A stretch of 64,000 nt of DNA from Fimbriimonadia bacterium (GCA_030427425.1 JAUICQ010000001.1:46665-110664), one strand, 5' to 3'. Numbered from the stretch's first letter, positions 29,773 through 37,094 are shown. Numbers and translations: made by a program. Notes: generated by a model not told the origin, from the sequence alone.

Positions 29773-30021
29773 CTAAACTTCCTGAACCCCTACCGATCGC
29801 TGCTTAGCTTCCACATGTATTCCGGTTGTTAGAAGCCATGCAGTTGCTCGCTGAATCTCTTCAACTGGTCCTTCAAATTCAACTAACATCGATCCGTATG
29901 TAGGTTCTACATTGGCTTTAATGATGTTAACCGATACATTGAAATTTTTGCATAATTTCCATATCCAAGGTTCTGATGCCTGATTGCCTCTGGCTATTAG
30001 GGTTACTTCTACTTTTTCCAT
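29773..30021 (-). CDS. NIL-domain protein (stand-alone MetN C-terminal-like ferredoxin-fold domain)
   Basis: 82 aa. Pattern ...EPWIWKLCKNFNVSVNIIKANV....GSMLVEFEGPVEEIQRATAWL is consistent with NIL domains. Its stop lies 1 nt from the esterase start. Confidence 0.55.
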   Translation of the reverse strand: MEKVEVTLIARGNQASEPWIWKLCKNFNVSVNIIKANVEPTYGSMLVEFEGPVEEIQRATAWLLTTGIHVEAKQRSVGVQEV

Positions 30022-30126
30022 AGTAATACTCTTCTACTATTATATTATGATGTCTTAGTAGGTTGCACTATATAGGCAATAATTACAGGTGATTTTATAA
30101 AGATAATAAAAGTGAAGAAAAACTAG

Positions 30127-30214
30127 TGGCGGAGAGAGAGGGATTCGAACCCCCGAAAGGTTGCCCTTTAACGGTTTTCAAGACCGCCGCGATCGACCAC
30201 TCTGCCATCTCTCC
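30127..30214 (-). tRNA. tRNA-Ser (anticodon UGA), CCA encoded
   Basis: Reverse complement GGAGAGATGGCAGAGTGGTCGATCGCGGCGGTCTTGAAAACCGTTAAAGGGCAACCTTTCGGGGGTTCGAATCCCTCTCTCTCCGCCA. 7-bp acceptor stem, anticodon loop CU-UGA-AA, long variable arm, GTTCGAATC T-loop. Confidence 0.95.
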
Positions 30215-30284
30215 AAACTAATATTTATTATACCTGGACTAATGCGCTACTAGAAAGGATGTAATGAATATTCCTTGGTTTTAT

Positions 30285-30615
30285 TTTATCCGTCTCTTCC
30301 GCTTCTCATCTTCGCAGGAGATCCAGTCTAATATAAATATTATTGTCTGCCAAATGTGGGGATATACTCCCCACTCGCCTCTCTAACTAGTCCGTCATCC
30401 TGGAACGGGATCCAGAAGAAAAAATATAAAGGCGGCTGGATCTCGGTGTTTTGATGATATTTGTTTACTTTTGGACCCACACCTGGTGATTTTCTTCTAA
30501 ATGTGGGATACACGTTATCTAATTACTCCTCGTGCTGCCGTTACCCCAGCTACATAGAATTGCTGGGGTCCAGCCCTTATCTACGAACAGGACCTCTCCG
30601 GCCGATCTAAAAACT
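30285..30615. ncRNA. Candidate unclassified structured RNA (strand undetermined)
   Basis: No ORF of 60 aa or more in any frame across 30215-30730. Local GC about 45-55% by eye against about 35% in the flanks. Perfect helices: 30318-30326/30436-30444 (9 bp), 30356-30362/30368-30374 (7 bp), 30476-30481/30502-30507 (6 bp), 30543-30550/30562-30569 (8 bp). No conserved motifs of tmRNA, RNase P, SRP or 6S found. Confidence 0.3.
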
Positions 30616-30730
30616 AACACTTTTTTATCAACTAATTATATTCGTATAATTGCTTAATTCTGTTTAAATATGGAATGTAATTTAGGTAAGCTGAATTCAA
30701 TATAATAAAAGGTAGATATCTTATACAATT

Positions 30731-32638
30731 ATGAAAGCCGATAAACATGTAGCAGTAGTAGGTGGTGGATTAGCAGGGTTAATGGCTGCTATGAAACTTG
30801 CAGAAGCAGGCGTAAGAGTTTCAATTTTTAGTTTAGTGCCTGTAAAGAGGAGTCATAGTGTATGTGCTCAGGGTGGTATTAACGGAGCGGTAAACCTGCG
30901 TGGTGAAGGCGACTCCCCATATTTGCACTTTGAAGACACCATCACTGGTGGCGACTTCTTAAATCACCAGCCTCCTGTTATGCGTATGGCAGAAAGAGCT
31001 CCTGCGATAATCTATCTTTTAGACAGGATGGGTGTTCCGTTTAATAGAACTCCAGAGGGGTATCTAAGTTTCAGAAGATTTGGTGGAACATTAAAACATA
31101 GAACTGCTTATGCTGGTGCTACTACGGGTCAGCAGTTGCTTTATGCATTAGATGAGCAAGTGCGTAGGCACGAAGCTGATGGTAAAGTTAAGAAGTATGA
31201 AGGCTGGGAATTTACAGGTATTATTAAGGATTCCAAAGGTAACTGTAGAGGATTAACCGCTCAAGACCTAACTACCATGGAGATACACTCCTTCCCATTC
31301 GATGCCGTAATAATGTGTACCGGTGGGAACGGTGTTGTGTTTGGAAAATCTACCAACTCAATAATTAATACAGGTGGTGCTGTAAGTATCTGTTATCAAC
31401 AGGGTGCAACCTATGGGAACCCTGAAATGATTCAGATTCACCCTACAGCGATTCCTGGTGAAGATAAGTGTAGATTAATGAGCGAATCTGTAAGAGGAGA
31501 AGGTGGACGAGTATGGGTGCCACGTGATCCTAATGATTCTAGATACCACACCGATATTCCAGAAAGTGAAAGATGGTATTTCTGTGAAGAGCTAGACCCC
31601 GTATACGGGAACCTTCTTTCAAGAGACATTGTATCCTTTGCTATCTACTGTGTATGTAGAATGGGTAGAGGTCTAAAAGGTAAGGAGCAGGTATACCTAG
31701 ATATCAGTCATCTGCACAGAGAAAAAGGGATGTCTCGAGAGTTAATTATGGACAAGCTTGAGGGTGTTCTAGAGATTTACGAAAAATTCATGAGAGAAGA
31801 TCCGATTGATAATCCAATGCGTATCTATCCGGGGGTTCACTACTCCATGGGCGGATTATGGGTAGATTATGAACGTGGTAAGGAGACAACGCTAGATGAG
31901 AACAGTCCACGTAATCAGATGACCAATATCCCAGGTCTTTTTGCTGCTGGTGAATGTGAATTCCAGTATCATGGTGCTAATAGATTAGGTGCTAATGCGC
32001 TATTAACTTGTTTAACAGGTGGTGAACTTGCAGCGTTAGGCGTAAGTGCTTACTTAAAGAGTATGGATGGTGATGCATCCAGTGTAGACGCTAAAACTCT
32101 GAGTGATGCTAAGGCAGAGTGTGATGCAGAATACCAAGGATTTGCTAAGAGCAATGGTACGGAGAATCCTTACAGATTACATGCTGAATTAAGTGATGTA
32201 ATGTGGAACAACTGTGGAATTTGGAGAACTCAGAAAGATCTAACATCAGCCAAAGAGAGATTAAAAGATCTGTCTGATAGAGTTCATCAGTGTAATTTAA
32301 TAGATACCGGTAATTGGGCAAATCAGGCTGTTCCATTTACTAGAGCGCTGAAGAATATGATAGAGATGTCCAAAGCGATTGTAGATGGGGCGCTTATTAG
32401 AAATGAATCGAGAGGGGCTCACTTCAAGATGGATACTCCTAATAGGGATGACAAAGAGTGGTTGAAAACAACGCTAGCTACATGGCACAAGGACGGTCCG
32501 AAGTTTGATTTTGAAGAGGTTGATTGCTGTTATATCGCGCCAAGAGCTAGAAAATATAAGATTAATCAGAACAAGATAGTAGAAGTAATTATGGGTAAAG
32601 ACTATTTGGCAGGTCTTTCATCCGAAGAGAAAAAGTAA
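30731..32638 (+). CDS. sdhA: Succinate dehydrogenase / fumarate reductase flavoprotein subunit (long, B. subtilis/Bacteroides-type)
   Basis: VVGGGLAGLMAA FAD fold. RSHSVCAQGGING (site of covalent FAD histidine). HPTAIPG, RGEGG, HYSMGG, RGAHF. 635 aa. No sdhB or sdhC gene adjacent. Confidence 0.9.
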   Translation: MKADKHVAVVGGGLAGLMAAMKLAEAGVRVSIFSLVPVKRSHSVCAQGGINGAVNLRGEGDSPYLHFEDTITGGDFLNHQPPVMRMAERAPAIIYLLDRMGVPFNRTPEGYLSFRRFGGTLKHRTAYAGATTGQQLLYALDEQVRRHEADGKVKKYEGWEFTGIIKDSKGNCRGLTAQDLTTMEIHSFPFDAVIMCTGGNGVVFGKSTNSIINTGGAVSICYQQGATYGNPEMIQIHPTAIPGEDKCRLMSESVRGEGGRVWVPRDPNDSRYHTDIPESERWYFCEELDPVYGNLLSRDIVSFAIYCVCRMGRGLKGKEQVYLDISHLHREKGMSRELIMDKLEGVLEIYEKFMREDPIDNPMRIYPGVHYSMGGLWVDYERGKETTLDENSPRNQMTNIPGLFAAGECEFQYHGANRLGANALLTCLTGGELAALGVSAYLKSMDGDASSVDAKTLSDAKAECDAEYQGFAKSNGTENPYRLHAELSDVMWNNCGIWRTQKDLTSAKERLKDLSDRVHQCNLIDTGNWANQAVPFTRALKNMIEMSKAIVDGALIRNESRGAHFKMDTPNRDDKEWLKTTLATWHKDGPKFDFEEVDCCYIAPRARKYKINQNKIVEVIMGKDYLAGLSSEEKK

Positions 32639-32675
32639 TTAATATTTTATAAATTATTAAACGTTAGTAGTGGTT

Positions 32676-32713
32676 AACTGTCCTGAAACTTTTTATTTCA
32701 GGACAGTTTTTTT
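32676..32713 (+). terminator. Rho-independent terminator of sdhA/frdA
   Basis: aactgtcctgaaa / tttcaggacagtt 13-bp stem, 7-nt loop, T run. Confidence 0.8.
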
Positions 32714-32894
32714 ATTCCAGAGGTAAATATATATGCGATAGTAGGGAAGAGTTGGTTTTATAATTAGAGTTATCTTTTCCTACCCAGAAGTGTAATTTCT
32801 TATCTAACAATACTAGCCCAAAATTGAGTGTAATCATCAATACCAATGCCATTAATGCGATTCCTACGATTTCTTTTATTTCTTGTACTTTCAT
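32712..32894 (-). CDS. Small (60 aa) single-TM hypothetical protein downstream of fic
   Basis: Consensus SD with ideal spacing: GGAGGaaaaataATG (reverse complement of 32892-32908). One hydrophobic helix (IVGIALMALVLMITLNFGLVLL). No homology recognised. Confidence 0.4.
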   Translation of the reverse strand: MKVQEIKEIVGIALMALVLMITLNFGLVLLDKKLHFWVGKDNSNYKTNSSLLSHIYLPLE

Positions 32895-33052
32895 TATTTT
32901 TCCTCCAATTTTTGCTAGTATTAACTAACTTAATTATATATTTGGAAAAAGAGAATGATAGTATCAATTTATCATTGCGGATAAATGGTCAATTAACAGA
33001 TGGGCCTAAAGGTGATTTTGACTTATTCATTGGGTAGAATGAATCTTGTCGA

Positions 33053-34186
33053 TTACTGTAGGGGTCTGTCTAGAAGATCGATATAGGGTGCGAACTGATA
33101 GAGTTTATTCCTTTTTGCGTTGCCTACTTCTAGCATGATGCCTTTTTCGATAAATATTTTAATAATGTTTTGAGATGTATTAAAGCTTTTTTGCAGAGCA
33201 TTGCTTAAATCTGTAGCATTAATAACTGGCGATTGGAATAAAACGTTTAATGTATTCATGGCGGTCTCTCTTATTTTATAGAAAGAATCGTCGTGTTCAA
33301 TTTTATCTCTTAGGTCGGCTTCTAGTTTTTCAATTAGCTTGGCTCTATTATAAGCGTCTTTACAGCTTTCTTTAATTCCTGTAAGATAGAAGGTTATCCA
33401 GCCTTCGAAATCGCCTTTTGTTCTCACGCTATCTAATCTGTGATAATATTCAGCATGATTTCTTTTGAAATAATAAGATGGATAGAAAATAGGTTTTTTA
33501 AGTATGCCTTCCTTTATTAGCATGAGCATAATGAGGAGTCGACCGATTCTGCCGTTTCCGTCTAAGAAAGGGTGTATGGTCTCAAATTGCACATGAACGA
33601 GGCCAGACTTAATGAGGGGCGGTACTGTAGAATCGTTATTAATAAAGATTTCTAGTTCGTTCATAAGCCTGTCTATTTCGTTCGCAGGAGCTGGTATAAG
33701 ATCGCCGACTTGTACAGCGTGTTTCCTATATATTCCGGGAGTATATTTGTCTCCAGCCCCGGTCATTAATAGTTCATGTGCTTTGTGTATGATTCTAGTT
33801 GCAATGGGCATGTTTTCTTCTTGGATAAGGACTAAAATTTCTGCTAGCGAACTTGTATAGTTTAATACTAACTGAGTCTCTTTGCTGTGTTGGAAATTTT
33901 CATCAGGTTTAGTTAGCATGTCTAGCATTGTAGTATTAATGCCTTCGATTGCTGAAGATACCATGGCCTCTTTAACGATGTAGGTTCTGATGAATCGGTT
34001 AAGATCGGGGAGTCGGTCACACATTTCGTTAAGGTGTCCTAGTGCATGACTCGTTTCTCCGTATAAATTAGCTAATTCTAAACTTAGTTCAAAGGGTGGT
34101 TTTTCAGGTGGCAGCGGGTATGGCAGGAAATGTTCTCTTTTTCCATGCTGAATATAATGTCCTGTGATTCTGAAATTATCATCCAT
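33053..34186 (-). CDS. Fic-family protein (class II, N-terminal inhibitory helix; C-terminal winged-helix-like region)
   Basis: Active-site motif HPFLDGNGRIGR (nt 33539-33574) matches HxFx(D/E)GNGRxxR. Inhibitory motif SSAIEG (nt 33941-33958) matches (S/T)xxxE(G/N). 377 aa architecture typical of Fic_N + Fic + wHTH. Confidence 0.9.
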   Translation of the reverse strand: MDDNFRITGHYIQHGKREHFLPYPLPPEKPPFELSLELANLYGETSHALGHLNEMCDRLPDLNRFIRTYIVKEAMVSSAIEGINTTMLDMLTKPDENFQHSKETQLVLNYTSSLAEILVLIQEENMPIATRIIHKAHELLMTGAGDKYTPGIYRKHAVQVGDLIPAPANEIDRLMNELEIFINNDSTVPPLIKSGLVHVQFETIHPFLDGNGRIGRLLIMLMLIKEGILKKPIFYPSYYFKRNHAEYYHRLDSVRTKGDFEGWITFYLTGIKESCKDAYNRAKLIEKLEADLRDKIEHDDSFYKIRETAMNTLNVLFQSPVINATDLSNALQKSFNTSQNIIKIFIEKGIMLEVGNAKRNKLYQFAPYIDLLDRPLQ

Positions 34187-34208
34187 CCTTATTTCATTAT
34201 AGCTTTAT

Positions 34209-34463
34209 AAACTGAAATAAGGATGGGTTTTAGGTGTTCTTATTTCAATATAGGGTGTTAAACTGAAATAAGGATGGGTTCTTGGGTGTCTTATTTCAAT
34301 ATAGGGTGTTAAACTGAAATAAGAAGAGGTTTTTGGGCGTCTTATTTCCGTTTAGGTTGCCAAACTGAAATAAAGATGGGCTTTGGGTGTTCTTATTTCA
34401 ATATAGGGTTCTAAACTGAAATAAGAAGAGGTTTTTGGGCGTCTTGTTTCAGTTTAGGTTGCC
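34209..34463. repeat. Five complete 51-bp tandem repeats (plus degenerate partial copies on both flanks), each carrying the dyad TGAAATAAG...CTTATTTCA
   Basis: Units start at 34209, 34260, 34311, 34362 and 34413, each exactly 51 bp. Two subtypes: A (units 1, 2, 4) and B (units 3, 5; 49/51 identical). Partial copies at about 34168-34208 (overlapping the fic start) and 34464-34492 (overlapping the tgt stop). Confidence 0.9.
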
Positions 34464-34477
34464 AAACTGAAACAAGA

Positions 34478-35578
34478 CTAGGCGTTCTTATATTTTTCGA
34501 TTAATTCATGCCAGCTATCATTATCGATAGCGTTCCGGATATCCTCCATAAGTCTGTGATAAAATCTAAGATTGTGGAGAGAGGCTAATCTTGCTCCAAG
34601 GGTTTCTTTTGCTTTAAATAAGTGTCTCATGTATGCAGCGCTATATCTTTCTGTTTCGGGGAATACGCTTAACGGATCGGGATAATCGTCTACAGATTCC
34701 CATTTTTTGGCCATGATATTAACTCTGCCTTGGAGGGTGTAGAGGCAGTGGTGTCTGGCCATTCTAGTAGGTAGTACGCAATCGAAGAGATCGATACCGC
34801 ATTTTACTGCATGGATGATATCTTGTGGATGCCCCACTCCCATTAGGTATCTTGTTTTGTCTTTTGGCATTAACGGAACAGTGTGCTGCACTATCGAATG
34901 ATGGAGTTCTGTAGGTTCACCAACACTAACTCCTCCCATAGCGAATCCTTGGAAGGGAAGATTGCCCATGAATTCAGCAGCTTCCTTTCTGAGATCCTCA
35001 TGCATGCCTCCTTGAATGATACCGAATACCGACTGTTCTTCTCTTCTTGCTTGTAAATTTCTTGGTGCCCAGAGATGCGTTCTTTCCATAGCTATTCTTG
35101 CTTCTTTTTTACTGCAAGGATATGGTGCACATTCATCAAGCATCATACAGATGGTGCTTCCTAGCCTGTGTTGTATGTTAATAGATTCTTCAGGAGTAAG
35201 AAAGAATTTTTTCCCATCGATATGGGAGAAGAACATTACTCCTTCATCTGAAACTTTATTTCTTTTACTAAGACTCATTACCTGGTATCCTCCGGAATCG
35301 GTAAGGATAGGTTTTTTCCAACTCATAAACTTATGGAGTCCGCCTAAATTTTGTATAAGTTCGCTACTGGGTCTTAATTCTAGATGGTAGGTATTGGAAA
35401 GAATCTGTTCGAAGCCTATATTTTCAAGATCTTCACTACCTAATGTTTTTACAGTGGCACAGGTCCCGACAGGCATAAATGCTGGTGTTTCCACAGTCCC
35501 TTGAGGTGTATGTATTCTTCCTCTTCTAGCTCCTGTCATGGGACATATTTTTAGTAATTCATATTTAACTAAATTCAC
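34478..35578 (-). CDS. tgt: tRNA-guanine transglycosylase (queuine tRNA-ribosyltransferase)
   Basis: GRIHTPQGTVETPAFMPVGT, LTDSGGYQV, GMHEDLR, GFAMGGVSVGE, LMGVGHP. Full-length Tgt. Confidence 0.95.
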   Translation of the reverse strand: MNLVKYELLKICPMTGARRGRIHTPQGTVETPAFMPVGTCATVKTLGSEDLENIGFEQILSNTYHLELRPSSELIQNLGGLHKFMSWKKPILTDSGGYQVMSLSKRNKVSDEGVMFFSHIDGKKFFLTPEESINIQHRLGSTICMMLDECAPYPCSKKEARIAMERTHLWAPRNLQARREEQSVFGIIQGGMHEDLRKEAAEFMGNLPFQGFAMGGVSVGEPTELHHSIVQHTVPLMPKDKTRYLMGVGHPQDIIHAVKCGIDLFDCVLPTRMARHHCLYTLQGRVNIMAKKWESVDDYPDPLSVFPETERYSAAYMRHLFKAKETLGARLASLHNLRFYHRLMEDIRNAIDNDSWHELIEKYKNA

Positions 35579-35702
35579 ATATTTAAGTTTACAACGAAAA
35601 TTCTATACTCTGCTGATGATTCTATTTTGTTATAAAAATAGAATTTTCACTGAGACATATCAATTTTTACAGATAGCAAGATAAAATATAATCTGTAATG
35701 CT

Positions 35703-36830
35703 ATGGTAGTAAATTCGAAAAGTAAAATTTGTCTACTTACTCAGTATGCTAAAGAGCATCCTGTGGTATCTGCAGATTTTAGTATCCAGGCTGCTGCTGA
35801 ATTTATTAGGAGTAACGGATATTATTTTGTCCCGGTAGTAGTAGGTGAAAAGTATATCGGAGTTTTCACTGAGCTGGATGTATTGCATTCATTGAATCAT
35901 CATCTTAATCCTAGCACGCCTATCAGACAGATATTAGATAGCAATAAGCCTGCCCCTGTTTATCCCGATACTCCTATTAAAGAGGTTTTTAGTAGGCTAG
36001 GACGAGAGTTGCTGCCTTATGTAGTGTTATGTGATTATAATGATCATTATTTAGGTATTATTTCGGCTTCTCATCTATTGGCAGGAAAAACTTCTGAAAT
36101 AAGGCCGCGATGCATATCGGGTATAACCACTCCGTTTGGGATCTACCTCTCTGATGGTAACTTATCGAGTGGATCTACAGACTTAGGCATGGTTGTTTCT
36201 GGATTTATATATCTATTTTCAATATTAATATCTCTTAATGTTAGTTACATTTTATTAAAGAGTATCTATCATTTAAATATCATTAGGGATATTTATTATG
36301 TAGATTCGCTATATATTCCTCTCGCCTTACTTATGATATTATTTTCCATCAAGTTTTCTTCACTATCTAAAATCCATTGTGTTCAACATATGTCTAGTAA
36401 AGTAATTGAGAGTGGTGATGTTATTAGAATGGAATCTTTTTATAATACATCGAGAAAGTTTTCAAGTTGTAGAGCAAACTATTTCGTTTTAGTGTTTTTT
36501 ATCTTCTCTTTTTATAATTTACATATAGCGGATCAGTTATTCTGGAATATAATGTTTTCACTATCTGCAGGGATATGCCTCAATTATGTTCTAAAAGATT
36601 TTATCCATCAGTATTTCCTTGTATCTAAGCCTAGTTATCAACAGGTAAGAAGAGGGTTGAGGGTATGTACTGATATTTTAGAACAGTATCAATTTTATCC
36701 TAGTGTTGAATCTAATTTTATAAATAGATTTCGGTTAAGTGGTGCTCCTTATCTACTATTAGGTAGTGGAATTTGCTATTTATTGCTTTTCATAATGAAA
36801 TTAATCTTAAACTGGGATATAATTTTATAG
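35703..36830 (+). CDS. CBS-pair protein fused to a multi-TM domain (possibly DUF1385-like)
   Basis: N-terminal about 125 aa look like two CBS motifs (YYFVPVVVGEKYIGVFTELDVL; LPYVVLCDYNDHYLGIISASHLL). The C-terminal membrane part has HCVQHMSSKVIESGDVIRMESFYNTSRKFSSCRANYF, which I aligned from memory to the DUF1385 signature YHGAEHKVINCYE...SRLHYRCGSSF. Confidence 0.5.
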   Translation: MVVNSKSKICLLTQYAKEHPVVSADFSIQAAAEFIRSNGYYFVPVVVGEKYIGVFTELDVLHSLNHHLNPSTPIRQILDSNKPAPVYPDTPIKEVFSRLGRELLPYVVLCDYNDHYLGIISASHLLAGKTSEIRPRCISGITTPFGIYLSDGNLSSGSTDLGMVVSGFIYLFSILISLNVSYILLKSIYHLNIIRDIYYVDSLYIPLALLMILFSIKFSSLSKIHCVQHMSSKVIESGDVIRMESFYNTSRKFSSCRANYFVLVFFIFSFYNLHIADQLFWNIMFSLSAGICLNYVLKDFIHQYFLVSKPSYQQVRRGLRVCTDILEQYQFYPSVESNFINRFRLSGAPYLLLGSGICYLLLFIMKLILNWDIIL

Positions 36831-36831
36831 T

Positions 36832-37065
36832 ATGAGTATATATAATATAGTGTTAGTTTTAGCTATCATTGTAAGTCTTTGCCTTATAATAATGGTGTTG
36901 TTTACAGGTAAAGCAGATGCAATGTCTGGTGGTGGTGGATCTATCAGGACAAATTTCAAAGGGAAAGCAGGTTTTGACGATTATATGTCTAGAGCAACAT
37001 TTGTTTTAGGTGGTTTGTTTATATCTCTTATGTTATTGTTGAACTACTTAGCAAGTAATAGCTGA
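36832..37065 (+). CDS. secG: Preprotein translocase subunit SecG
   Basis: 77 aa with two TM helices separated by a Gly-rich loop (LFTGKADAMSGGGGS), the typical SecG layout. Confidence 0.6.
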   Translation: MSIYNIVLVLAIIVSLCLIIMVLFTGKADAMSGGGGSIRTNFKGKAGFDDYMSRATFVLGGLFISLMLLLNYLASNS

Positions 37066-37094
37066 TTTTTTCTAGATAAAAATATATATCAGTA

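Noticed and set aside
30215-30730. Known-family explanations for the ORF-free GC-rich segment: tmRNA, RNase P RNA, SRP/4.5S RNA, a decayed sdhC (cytochrome b anchor) pseudogene, or stop-codon reassignment
   Set aside because: No GTTCGA T-loop or CCACCA end, so not tmRNA. No GGAAAGTCC / ACAGAA P4 strands, and no P1-P3 region upstream of the closest look-alike (GGAGAGGTCC on the minus strand), so not RNase P. No GGAAGCAGCC-type SRP domain IV. One plus-strand frame gives peptides separated by four stops; it contains FYF.RL, reminiscent of the SdhC N-terminus, but the peptides are hydrophilic rather than a 5-TM protein. All surrounding genes terminate normally at TAA, TAG or TGA, so an alternative code is not supported.
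32846-33037. 63-aa plus-strand ORF between sdhA and fic
   Set aside because: It is the antisense partner of the minus-strand 60-aa ORF, which has a consensus SD. Its own product is a Leu/Phe-rich mirror-image sequence with no SD.
34209-34463. Could the tgt-fic repeat array be a small CRISPR array or a coding 17-aa repeat?
   Set aside because: The variable segments between the dyad arms are only about 17 nt long and nearly identical to each other, so they are not unique spacers. No cas genes or leader are present. 51 bp equals 17 codons, and one minus-strand frame is open through type-A units (TPYIEIRTPKTHPYFSL), but type-B units carry a stop in that frame and the other frames are closed as well.
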